57,601 nt of DNA from NCBI GenBank assembly GCA_028716165.1, contig JAQUQI010000010.1, forward strand, positions 1-57,601, read 5' to 3'. The notes beneath the pieces are model-generated. The model ran no database searches. It had not been told where the DNA came from and saw only the letters and a list, made by a program, of their open reading frames with translations. Both the position numbers and the translations under genes were made by a program. The stretch comes from Candidatus Omnitrophota bacterium. GTDB taxonomy: Bacteria > Omnitrophota > Gorgyraeia > JABMRG01. Shown here piece by piece: positions 46,959-56,217 of the stretch (position 1 is the stretch's first letter; every line of letters starts with the position of its first letter).

Positions 46959-48284
46959 ATGGATTTATTTGATAGACCCAAAATGGATGTAGAGAAAGAA
47001 TTCCCGCTGGCATTGCGCATGCGCCCGCGCAATTTAGACGAATTTATTGGGCAATCGCATATCGCAGGCAAAGGAAAATTGCTAAGACGCGCTATTGAAT
47101 CAGACAGAGCGCATTCCTTTATTTTTTACGGCCCCAGCGGCGTGGGCAAAAATTGCCTTGCCCACGTAATTAACAATACTACCAAAAGCTGTTTTTGCCA
47201 GATAAACGCTGTGTCTTCAAATGTTGCACAGATACGTAAAGCAATTGAAACGGCAAAGAAAACGCGCTCGGTATCCGGCAAGGGGACGATACTTTTTGTG
47301 GATGAAATACACCGGTTTAACAAGTCCCAGCAGGACGTGCTAATGCCCTGCATTGAAAAGGCCGACATAATGTTCATCGGCGCTACGACGCATAATCCAT
47401 TTTTCTATATTATACCCGCCCTTATATCGCGTTCACTTGTATTTGAGCTTAGGCCTTTGACGGAGGATGATATAAAGACGATTTTGGGTAATGCTGTTCG
47501 AGATGAAGAAAGAGGGCTCGGGTCAATGAAAATTAATATAGATAGCGATGCCCTTGATTTTCTTGCCAGAGTATCCGATGGGGACGCGCGTAAGGCCCTA
47601 AACGCTTTAGAGATAGGCGCTCTGACAACTCCGCCGGAAAAAGACGGGATTGTGCGTTATAGCCTGCAGGTGGCAGAAGAGTCCATACAGAAAAAAGCTG
47701 TTATGTATGACAAGAACGAGGACGGCCACTACGATACCATATCGGCTTTTATTAAATCCATGCGCGGTTCCGATCCCGACGCTGCTTTATACTGGCTTGC
47801 GAAAATGCTTTATGCCGGGGAAGACCCGCGTTTTATAGCGAGAAGGATTGTTATATGCGCCTCGGAAGATGTGGGGAATGCTGACCCCCAGGCCATTGTT
47901 GTTGCTAATACCGCGCTAAATATTGCTGAATTTGTCGGCATGCCGGAGGCCCGGATTCCGCTGGCCCAGGCGGTGGTTTATATCGCAACCGCACCGAAAT
48001 CAAACGCTTCATATCTTGGCATAGAAAAGGCTTTGTCGGATATTAAAAGCGGACGCACCCTTGATGTTCCAGACAGCCTTAAAGACGCCAGTTATAAAGG
48101 GGCCAAACAGCTTGGCCGCGGCATGGGTTATAAATATGCCCATGATTACGAAGGCCATTATGTGAAGCAGGATTATTTACCCCAAACCAGGCGGTATTAT
48201 GAGCCTTCTGATATGGGTTATGAGAAGCGTATAAAAGAGTATCTTTCCGAATTGAAGAAAAAGATAGCTTACCCGCGGGGCTAG
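46959..48284 (+). CDS. rarA: Replication-associated recombination protein A
   Basis: PLALRMRP, DEIHRFNKSQQD, GATTHNP, SAFIKSMRGSD and SEDVGNADP motifs. Confidence 0.96.
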   Translation: MDLFDRPKMDVEKEFPLALRMRPRNLDEFIGQSHIAGKGKLLRRAIESDRAHSFIFYGPSGVGKNCLAHVINNTTKSCFCQINAVSSNVAQIRKAIETAKKTRSVSGKGTILFVDEIHRFNKSQQDVLMPCIEKADIMFIGATTHNPFFYIIPALISRSLVFELRPLTEDDIKTILGNAVRDEERGLGSMKINIDSDALDFLARVSDGDARKALNALEIGALTTPPEKDGIVRYSLQVAEESIQKKAVMYDKNEDGHYDTISAFIKSMRGSDPDAALYWLAKMLYAGEDPRFIARRIVICASEDVGNADPQAIVVANTALNIAEFVGMPEARIPLAQAVVYIATAPKSNASYLGIEKALSDIKSGRTLDVPDSLKDASYKGAKQLGRGMGYKYAHDYEGHYVKQDYLPQTRRYYEPSDMGYEKRIKEYLSELKKKIAYPRG

Positions 48285-48307
48285 GACTCTGCCGGGCGGG
48301 TTCTTTT
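48283..48307 (+). terminator. Possible intrinsic terminator after rarA
   Basis: Imperfect GC stem followed by TTTT. Confidence 0.4.
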
Positions 48308-48376
48308 CCTTGATAAAGCAATAAGAATATGATACATTAGTTTTATATGTTAGCGCGTTTTTGAACAGGTCATGAC

Positions 48377-49297
48377 ATGCCACGCATATACTCAGACATT
48401 ACAAAGACCATAGGCCGGACGCCGTTAATCAGGGTAAACAGGATAGGGACACGCGGCGCCGAAGTTCTTTTGAAACTTGAGAGTTTCAATCCTCTTTCAA
48501 GCGTTAAAGACAGGGCCGCTCTGTATATGATAGAGGATGCCAGAAAGAAAGGGTTGTTAAAGCCGGGTTTTACCATAATTGAGGCTACCAGCGGCAATAC
48601 CGGGATAGCCCTTGCTTTTATAGCGGCTGTTTATGGGTATAAACTGATTCTTGTTATGCCAGATACGATGAGCGTTGAAAGACGCAATCTTTTAAAGGCC
48701 TTTGGCGCTAAAATTATTCTTACGCCTGGCAAAAACGGTATGCAGACTGCTTTAAAAAAAGCGCGCCAGATATTAAGCAGAACGCCGCGAGCTTTTATGC
48801 CGGAGCAATTTGCCAATCCTGCTAACGCGCGGGCTCATCGTGAAACGACGGCCCGGGAGCTGATACGCGACACTGACGGCAAGATTGATTTTTTTATCGC
48901 GGGCGTAGGCACAGGCGGTACTCTGACAGGGGCCGGACAGGCGCTTAAAAAACGATTGGACAATGTAAAGATTATTGCCGTAGAACCACAGTCTTCGGCT
49001 GTGCTGTCAGGTAAGCGCGCGGGCTCGCACAAGATACAGGGTATCGGCGCCGGTTTTATACCACAGATACTTGACAGAGCTTTGATAGATGAGATTATTG
49101 AGGTGAGTTACCGCCAGGCAAAAGTTGCCGCAAAAAGACTCGCGCGCGAAGAAGGTGTTCTGACAGGAGTATCCGGCGGCGCCGTGTTTTTTGCAGGCTT
49201 GAAAATCGCTAAAACCGCCCGCGCCCGCGGCAAGCGCATAGTCGTTCTTTTGCCTGATACGGGGGAAAGGTATTTAAGCACGGATTTGTTTGATTAA
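48377..49297 (+). CDS. cysK: Cysteine synthase A
   Basis: KLESFNPLSSVKDR (PLP Lys), EATSGNTG, GVGTGGT and HKIQGIG motifs. Confidence 0.96.
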   Translation: MPRIYSDITKTIGRTPLIRVNRIGTRGAEVLLKLESFNPLSSVKDRAALYMIEDARKKGLLKPGFTIIEATSGNTGIALAFIAAVYGYKLILVMPDTMSVERRNLLKAFGAKIILTPGKNGMQTALKKARQILSRTPRAFMPEQFANPANARAHRETTARELIRDTDGKIDFFIAGVGTGGTLTGAGQALKKRLDNVKIIAVEPQSSAVLSGKRAGSHKIQGIGAGFIPQILDRALIDEIIEVSYRQAKVAAKRLAREEGVLTGVSGGAVFFAGLKIAKTARARGKRIVVLLPDTGERYLSTDLFD

Positions 49298-49339
49298 TTT
49301 TTTTCTTTTTAGACGGATCGTGATTTTTAGGAGATACAG

Positions 49340-50554
49340 ATGCCAAAGACATACGCGCAGATAAATGAAAAAATTAAGCAGGGAAAAGTTGTTGTTGCTA
49401 CCGCAGAAGAAATAATAGATATAGTTGAAAAAGAGGGCCTAAGAAATGCCGCCCAGCAAGTAGACGTGATAACTACGGGTACCTTTGGGCCCATGTGCTC
49501 AAGCGGCGCTTATTTTAATATTGGGCACACAAAGCCCAAGATAAAGATAGGAGGCGGCAGGGCTACGCTTAACGACATACCCGCTTATGCCGGTTTCGCG
49601 GCCTCCGATCTTTATATGGGTGCCGCGGCCATCTCGGAAGACGACCCCAAGAACAGGGTTTTTCCCGGCAGGTTTGAGTATGGAGGCGGACATGTTATAG
49701 AAGACCTTGTTTCAGGCAGAGATGTCAGGCTTTCAGCGATAACCTATGGCACGGATTGTTACCCGAGGAAAAAGCTTGATACTTTTATCAATATAAAAGA
49801 CCTCAATGAAGCGGTATTGTTTAATCCGAGAAATTGCTATCAGAACTACAATGTCGCGGTTAATATGGGTAAGGAAAAGACAATATATACTTATATGGGC
49901 ATATTAAAACCCGAGGCCGGAAACGCGAATTATTGCTCGGCAGGCCAGTTATCCCCGCTCTTAAACGACCCTTATTACATGACTATAGGTATAGGAACAA
50001 GGATATTTTTGGCAGGCGGACAAGGCTATGTGGTATGGCATGGCACACAGCACAATCCTTGCGTGAAGAGAAAGGCTAACGGCGTGCCTCAATGCCCGGC
50101 AGGGACATTGGCTGTTATGGGTGATTTGAAACAGATGAAGCCCGAATGGCTGCGCGGGATATCGCTTGAAGGTTATGGCGTCAGCCTCGCTGTAGGCATT
50201 GGCATACCGATACCTGTGCTGAATGAGGACGTATTAAAATACGCCGCTGTAAAAGATGAAGATATATATGCGCAAATAGTTGATTATTCCAATGACTATC
50301 CCAATGCCATATCCAATTCCCTTGGAGAGGTAAATTATAAGCAATTAAAATCGGGCAGTATTTTGTTTAGAGGTAAAGAAACTCCAACAGTCTCTCTTTC
50401 AAGCTATGCGAAGGCAAGAGCAATAGCGGAAGAATTAAAAGACTCTATAATGAAAGGGAGATTCCTTCTTACAGAGCCTGTTGCGCTTTTGCCGTCAGCT
50501 GATTCAGGGGCAGGTTATAAAGCTCTTAAGGAAAGGCCTGTGCCGGGGTTATGA
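49340..50554 (+). CDS. Homocysteine biosynthesis protein (DUF39/COG1900, aspartate-semialdehyde sulfurtransferase-like)
   Basis: VDVITTGTFGPMCSSG, YGGGHVIEDL, NPRNCYQNY and GAGTQHNP-like WHGTQHNP motifs. Confidence 0.88.
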   Translation: MPKTYAQINEKIKQGKVVVATAEEIIDIVEKEGLRNAAQQVDVITTGTFGPMCSSGAYFNIGHTKPKIKIGGGRATLNDIPAYAGFAASDLYMGAAAISEDDPKNRVFPGRFEYGGGHVIEDLVSGRDVRLSAITYGTDCYPRKKLDTFINIKDLNEAVLFNPRNCYQNYNVAVNMGKEKTIYTYMGILKPEAGNANYCSAGQLSPLLNDPYYMTIGIGTRIFLAGGQGYVVWHGTQHNPCVKRKANGVPQCPAGTLAVMGDLKQMKPEWLRGISLEGYGVSLAVGIGIPIPVLNEDVLKYAAVKDEDIYAQIVDYSNDYPNAISNSLGEVNYKQLKSGSILFRGKETPTVSLSSYAKARAIAEELKDSIMKGRFLLTEPVALLPSADSGAGYKALKERPVPGL

Positions 50555-50633
50555 CCTGTTTTACGCCTCTTGAAAAAGAGTGTTTTAATATATTTTAAAC
50601 TGCGGCCAAACAGCTTGACCTGTTGAGGGGTTT

Positions 50634-51212
50634 GTGGTAAAATTAGATGATTTACGGGAACACAAAAAAGACACGATTAGAAGAGAAATTTTAGCGAGAT
50701 TGCGCTTACAAACAAGGCAAGATCGTATTATTAAAAGTGATAAGATAAAAAGGAGGCTTCTAAAAGAGAAGTGCTTTAGGGATGCTTCACTTATCATGTT
50801 TTATGTGTCAAAATCGTATGAAGTTGATACAACCGGCATGATAGAAGAGGCGCTCAAAAGAGGCAAACGGGTAGTAGTTCCGGTGACACAAACCAAGGAG
50901 AAACAATTGATCCCTTCAGAAATTACATGCCCAGCAAGAGATCTTGTTAAGGGCCCTTTCGGAGTAATGGAACCAAGAAAGGAATGTATAAAGGCCGTCA
51001 ACATTGAAGATATTGATTTAGTGATAGTTCCAGGCATTGCTTTTGACAGCAAAGGCAACCGCATAGGACACGGCCAAGGTTATTTTGATAGATTCCTAAG
51101 ACGCCTGCCAAATAAGATACCTACCATAGGGCTGGCATTCAAACTCCAGCTTACAAGAAGGATCAAGGCTTTACCCTGGGACATACCTGTCACCAAACTT
51201 ATTGCCGCATAA
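50634..51212 (+). CDS. fau: 5-formyltetrahydrofolate cyclo-ligase
   Basis: EVDT, GPFGVMEP and VPGIAFD.KGNRIGHGQGYFDRFL motifs. Confidence 0.94.
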   Translation: MVKLDDLREHKKDTIRREILARLRLQTRQDRIIKSDKIKRRLLKEKCFRDASLIMFYVSKSYEVDTTGMIEEALKRGKRVVVPVTQTKEKQLIPSEITCPARDLVKGPFGVMEPRKECIKAVNIEDIDLVIVPGIAFDSKGNRIGHGQGYFDRFLRRLPNKIPTIGLAFKLQLTRRIKALPWDIPVTKLIAA

Positions 51213-51361
51213 TTAAAAAAGGCCCCTTCAGGGGCGATTGACGGCATGGCACTTGTCTAATTATGCCAAGACCATGTTCTCGGGGCGTGTTAATATACGC
51301 CCGGGCTGCCTTTATTTGCGAAAAAGGGCAGGTTTAAACATAGAAAGGATAGAGGTGTTTT

Positions 51362-52936
51362 ATGCTTAATGGTACTGGACAGGTAATATTGTCTTTTCCT
51401 GTGTTTTTAGCAGGCATATTGTTTTTTGTGATAGGTTTTTTCATAAGCAATTTAATATCATCAAAGAAAAATAAATCTGCGGGCGAAAAAGCGAAACAAA
51501 TAATTGGAGAAGCGCAAAAAGAAGCGCAGACTCTTAGAAAAGAGATAGAGCTTGAGGCAAAAGATCTTAAGCTTAAATTGAGGTCTGATTTTGACCAGGA
51601 GACGAAAGACGCGCGGCAGGAATTGAAAGAACTGGAAAAGCGCCTTACGCAAAGAGAAGAGAACATTGAAAGGAAATCAGATCTGATTGACAGGAAAGAA
51701 AAAGATATAACCCAAAAAGAGCAGGTTGTTATACAAAAACAGGAAGCCATAACGAACAAAGAGGCCGAGCTTGACAGGGTATTGGCTGAAGAAAAACAGA
51801 AACTGCAAAGAGTTGCCGGCATGTCATCCGAAGAAGCGAAGAAATTGCTTGTCTTAAGGATGCAGGATGAAGCCAAGCAGGAAGCGGCGATAACGCTTAA
51901 ACGCTTGGAGGAGCAGGTAAAGGAATCGGCTGACAAAAAGGCGCGCGAAATAATAAGTCTTTCCATACAGCGTTATGCCGCGGACCACACCGTTGAATCA
52001 ACGATAAGCGTTGTGAGCCTGCCGAATGACGATATGAAAGGCAGGATAATAGGGCGTGAAGGTAGAAATATACGGGCGCTTGAAGTGGCAACAGGCGTGG
52101 ATGTTATTGTTGATGATACGCCTGAAGCCGTTACCCTTTCAAGCTTTGACATAGTAAGGCGTGAGATCGCCAGGCGCACACTTGAAAAACTTATTGAAGA
52201 CGGCAGGATACACCCGGGCAGAATAGAAGAGGTTGTTGAAAAAGTTAAGAAAGAGATGGACGTCAATATAAGGGAAGAGGGTGAAAAAGCCGCTTTTGAC
52301 GTTAATATACACGGCCTGCATCCTGAATTGATCAAACTGCTCGGCAGGTTGAAATACAGGACAAGTTACGGCCAGAATGCCCTGCAGCATTCAAAAGAAG
52401 TCGCTTATATTATGGGTGTAATGGCGGGCGAATTAAACATTGATTTTAATCTTTCCAAGAGAATAGGGCTTTTGCACGATATCGGTAAGGCCGTAAGCCA
52501 TGAGGTTGAAGGCGGCCATGCCAAGATAGGCGCCGATCTGGCCCGTAAATACGGCGAAACAGAGGCGGTTATCCACGCGATTGAGGCCCACCACCAGGAT
52601 ATTGAGGCCAATTCCGTTATGGCTGTTTTGGTGCAGGCCGCTGATGCCATAAGCGCGACGCGTCCGGGCGCGCGCCGTGAAACCCTTGAGACATATGTTA
52701 AAAGGCTTGAAAAACTTGAAGGTATAGCCGATGGTTTCAAGGGCGTTGAAAAATCCTTTGCCATACAGGCAGGCAGAGAGGTGCGCGTGATCGTTCAGCC
52801 TGACAAGATAAACGATTTGCAGGCAATAAGCATGGCCAAGGACATGGCGAAAAAGATAGAAGAAAACCTTGATTATCCCGGTGAAATAAAAGTGACTATT
52901 ATACGGGAAACACGCGCCATGGAATACGCCAGATAA
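51362..52936 (+). CDS. rny: Ribonuclease Y
   Basis: N-terminal TM and coiled coil; KH motif [13 protein letters not shown]; HD motif LLHDIGK. Confidence 0.98.
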   Translation: MLNGTGQVILSFPVFLAGILFFVIGFFISNLISSKKNKSAGEKAKQIIGEAQKEAQTLRKEIELEAKDLKLKLRSDFDQETKDARQELKELEKRLTQREENIERKSDLIDRKEKDITQKEQVVIQKQEAITNKEAELDRVLAEEKQKLQRVAGMSSEEAKKLLVLRMQDEAKQEAAITLKRLEEQVKESADKKAREIISLSIQRYAADHTVESTISVVSLPNDDMKGRIIGREGRNIRALEVATGVDVIVDDTPEAVTLSSFDIVRREIARRTLEKLIEDGRIHPGRIEEVVEKVKKEMDVNIREEGEKAAFDVNIHGLHPELIKLLGRLKYRTSYGQNALQHSKEVAYIMGVMAGELNIDFNLSKRIGLLHDIGKAVSHEVEGGHAKIGADLARKYGETEAVIHAIEAHHQDIEANSVMAVLVQAADAISATRPGARRETLETYVKRLEKLEGIADGFKGVEKSFAIQAGREVRVIVQPDKINDLQAISMAKDMAKKIEENLDYPGEIKVTIIRETRAMEYAR

Positions 52937-52948
52937 CAGGTATAGAGT

Positions 52949-53722
52949 ATGAATGTATTGTTGATTGGAGACATAACAGGCGCTCCGGGAAGAAATATTC
53001 TTAAGCGCGAATTAAAAAATATCCAGAAGAGGCAAGTGATAGGTTTTACCATTGCCAATGCTGAAAATTCCGCCGGCGGCAGCGGCGTTACCGAAAGTGT
53101 TGCCAATGAGCTTTTTGACTGCGGTATAGATGTCCTGACGTCCGGAGACCACATATGGAAAAAGAAGGAAACGGCAGAATATATAGCCGGAGAGAAAAGG
53201 CTTTTACGGCCGGCGAATTATCCCGATTCTGCTCCCGGGTGCGGGTGCGGCATATTCAAGGCCCGCAGCGGGGAAAGCATAGGTGTTATTAACCTGATAG
53301 GCCGCGTATTTATGCAGGCGGTTGATTGCCCGTTTAAGAAAGCGCGCGCCTGCGTTGACGCGTTAAAAAAAGAAACCAATAGCATATTTGTTGATATCCA
53401 CGCCGAGGCGACAAGCGAAAAAGTCGCCTTAGGCTGGTTTTTAGACGGTGCTGTCTCATGCGTGTTCGGGACACATACCCATATCCAAACGTCTGATGAA
53501 AGATTGCTGTATAAACACACGGCTTATATTACGGACATAGGCATGACAGGCCCCATGGATTCCGTTATCGGCAGGAAAAAAGAGCATGTATTAGAAAGGT
53601 TTATAACGCAAATGCCCGTTAAGTTTGAAATGGCCGAAGACGATGTCCATATACATGGCGCCGTGGTTGAGATAGAGCCGCAAACAGGCCATGCCCTGTC
53701 AATAAGGCGGTTTGTTTTTTAA
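52949..53722 (+). CDS. ymdB: YmdB-like calcineurin-type phosphoesterase (TIGR00282)
   Basis: GDITG, NAENSAGG, DIHAEATSEK, GTHTHIQT and TDIGMTGP motifs. Confidence 0.94.
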   Translation: MNVLLIGDITGAPGRNILKRELKNIQKRQVIGFTIANAENSAGGSGVTESVANELFDCGIDVLTSGDHIWKKKETAEYIAGEKRLLRPANYPDSAPGCGCGIFKARSGESIGVINLIGRVFMQAVDCPFKKARACVDALKKETNSIFVDIHAEATSEKVALGWFLDGAVSCVFGTHTHIQTSDERLLYKHTAYITDIGMTGPMDSVIGRKKEHVLERFITQMPVKFEMAEDDVHIHGAVVEIEPQTGHALSIRRFVF

Positions 53723-53807
53723 GCGTAAATTAAGAAATTTTCTGATATTTTATAAAAGGCCCCCTGCGCACACTGCATTTGCAAATAAAACCAGACGCGT
53801 ATTTATT

Positions 53808-55022
53808 ATGACTGATATTGGTTTAGCCCCTGAAAACAAGGTTTACTCTATTACCGAACTTACCAGAGATATAAGCCTTATACTTGAAAACTCTTTTAAA
53901 AATATATGGGTTGAAGGAGAGGTATCAAATCTTGTTCTGCATTCTTCGGGGCACTGCTATTTGAGTTTAAAGGACGCGGATAGTGTTCTTGGCTGCGTAA
54001 TATTCAAACATCAGCTTGCCAGGTTAAAGTTTACCATAGAGAATGGTTTAGGCTTGATATGTTCGGGCAGGATAGGTGTTTACGGAAAACGAGGCCAGTA
54101 TCAGCTTTATATTGACAAGGCAGAGCCCAAAGGCATAGGGAGTTTGCAGGCGGCTTATGAACAGCTTAAGAAAAAACTTTATAACGAAGGCCTGTTTGAC
54201 GAATCCGCCAAAAAACCTATCCCGAAACTGGCCGGCGCCATAGGCGTAATCACATCCCCGACAGGCGCGGCAATAAGGGACATACTTAACATTATAAACA
54301 GGCGGTACGAGAACACGCATATTATAATTTTACCTGTTAAAGTCCAGGGCCAGGGCGCGGCAAATGAAATAGTCCGGGCCTTGTCGGATTTTAACAGGCT
54401 GAAGAATGTTGACGTTATCATATTGGCCAGGGGAGGAGGCAGTATAGAAGACCTGTGGGCATTTAATGAAGAATTGGTAGCCAGGGCCATTTATGATTCC
54501 AGTATCCCGGTTATATCAGCTGTCGGCCACGAGATTGATTACACGATATCCGATTTTGTATCCGACCTGCGCGCGCCAACACCGTCGGCCGCCGCGGAGC
54601 TTGTAATCGGTAGAAAAGAGGACATGATTTCTGATATAGAAAAACTTAAAGACAGGCTTAAACGAGCGGCCATATCCCGTGTGCGAATAATGCAGGACCG
54701 CCTGGATGGTGTCAAAAAAAGTTACGCCTTCAGACAGCCGCTTTTTATGGCAGAACAATATCAGCAGAGGTTTGATGAAACGCTTAAACGTATGATCCAG
54801 GCGCTGGTTTTTTTTACTCGTTCAAAACACCAGTCGTTTACGGCTTTAAAAAACAGGCTTGAGGCATTAAGCCCTGACGCGATATTGCGTAGAGGGTTTA
54901 GCATAACCATGCGTGCGCATAACGGCAGTATTATCAAAGACGCTTCGGATTTGGCATCCGGCGCGCTTATCAGAACCAGATTTTTGGCAGGTGAAATTAT
55001 CAGCAGGGTGGAGAAACCTTAA
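53808..55022 (+). CDS. xseA: Exodeoxyribonuclease VII large subunit
   Basis: WVEGEVSN, SGHCYLSLKD, ITSPTGAAIRD, RGGGSIEDLWAFN and APTPSAAAE motifs. Start set at ATG 53808. Confidence 0.97.
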   Translation: MTDIGLAPENKVYSITELTRDISLILENSFKNIWVEGEVSNLVLHSSGHCYLSLKDADSVLGCVIFKHQLARLKFTIENGLGLICSGRIGVYGKRGQYQLYIDKAEPKGIGSLQAAYEQLKKKLYNEGLFDESAKKPIPKLAGAIGVITSPTGAAIRDILNIINRRYENTHIIILPVKVQGQGAANEIVRALSDFNRLKNVDVIILARGGGSIEDLWAFNEELVARAIYDSSIPVISAVGHEIDYTISDFVSDLRAPTPSAAAELVIGRKEDMISDIEKLKDRLKRAAISRVRIMQDRLDGVKKSYAFRQPLFMAEQYQQRFDETLKRMIQALVFFTRSKHQSFTALKNRLEALSPDAILRRGFSITMRAHNGSIIKDASDLASGALIRTRFLAGEIISRVEKP

Positions 55023-55061
55023 ATCGCGAAGAAACCTGGGTAAAAAAACACGGAGATAAAA

Positions 55062-55367
55062 ATGGCAGAGGGCAGGTTTGAAGAAGCGCTTAACAGGCTT
55101 GAACAGATTGCGGGTGATTTGGAAACAGGTCAGGTTGACCTTGATGAGGCCATAAAAAAATATGAAGAGGGAATGAAACTGGCATCTTTTTGTGAAAAAA
55201 AACTTAACGAGATAAAAAAGAAAGTAGAGATGCTGGTAAGGGACGGGTCGGGAGAATTATCCGCTAAAGATTTTGACGGTGAATTCCCGAATGAAGCGTC
55301 CGCGGCCGTCAGGCCAAAAAGCGCGGGCAGGAAAAAGCGGCCAAAAGGCGAAAGCCTTTTGTTCTAA
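55062..55367 (+). CDS. xseB: Exodeoxyribonuclease VII small subunit
   Basis: FEEALNRLEQI...LDEAIKKYEEG motif; follows xseA. Confidence 0.93.
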   Translation: MAEGRFEEALNRLEQIAGDLETGQVDLDEAIKKYEEGMKLASFCEKKLNEIKKKVEMLVRDGSGELSAKDFDGEFPNEASAAVRPKSAGRKKRPKGESLLF

Positions 55368-55395
55368 AAATTCGCTTTTGTCGGACAAGCGGGAT

Positions 55396-56211
55396 ATGGA
55401 TATAAAAAAATATTTTGACAGAAAAAAAACGGTAATTGAAAAACAGCTGGCCTTGCTTTTGCCTGTTCCCGGAGGCAGGAACAGGCAGGTATGCAATGCT
55501 ATGGCGTATGCCTTAAAAGGCGGCAAGAGGATACGTCCTATACTTTGCCTGGCATGCGCCGAAGTAATATCAAAATCAGGGTATACGCGCGCGCTTAAAC
55601 CCGCCTGCGCCATTGAAATGGTGCACGCCTATTCTCTGGTGCACGATGACCTGCCGTGCATGGACGATGATGATTTTCGCAGAGGCCGCCTTACTGTGCA
55701 TAAAAAATTTGGCATTGCCGCGGCAGTCCTTGCCGGGGACGCTTTATTAACAGAGTCGTTTAATGTGCTTGCGGGCGCCTCGGCTGACTGCACGATTAAT
55801 ATGGAGATGGTAAAAATACTTTCTTATGCCGCGGGGATACACGGTATGGTAGCGGGCCAGGCCGCCGATATCGCGCCGCAGGCAAAAGGCCCAGCGGATT
55901 TAGAATATATCAATACGCATAAGACAGGGGCCTTGATAGCGGCCTCGTGCAAGATCGGGGGCGTATCAGCCGGCGGACGCAAGAAAGACATTGAGGCATT
56001 ATTCAAATTCGGTGAATACTTAGGTCTTGTATTCCAAATAACGGACGACATTATTGATAATGAGGCATTCGCTTTACCTGCCGGCAGAAGAGACGCGTTT
56101 GAGTACGCGCGGGAATTGACCGGGAAAGCAAAAGATATAATATTATGTTTTGGCAAGAGGTCTGACTGCCTTTGCCGCATAGCCGATTATATCCTTAACA
56201 GAAAAACGTAA
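55396..56211 (+). CDS. ispA: Polyprenyl (farnesyl) diphosphate synthase
   Basis: GGKRIRP, FARM HDDLPCMD, KTGALI and SARM FQITDD motifs. Start set at ATG 55396. Confidence 0.93.
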   Translation: MDIKKYFDRKKTVIEKQLALLLPVPGGRNRQVCNAMAYALKGGKRIRPILCLACAEVISKSGYTRALKPACAIEMVHAYSLVHDDLPCMDDDDFRRGRLTVHKKFGIAAAVLAGDALLTESFNVLAGASADCTINMEMVKILSYAAGIHGMVAGQAADIAPQAKGPADLEYINTHKTGALIAASCKIGGVSAGGRKKDIEALFKFGEYLGLVFQITDDIIDNEAFALPAGRRDAFEYARELTGKAKDIILCFGKRSDCLCRIADYILNRKT

Positions 56212-56217
56212 AAAATC

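Noticed and set aside
48285-48376. SAM riboswitch or T-box upstream of cysK/DUF39 (also T-boxes before thrS and pheS)
   Set aside because: No S-box core and no T-box AAGGTGGTACC-type motif; the gaps are too short (92, 15 and 2 nt).
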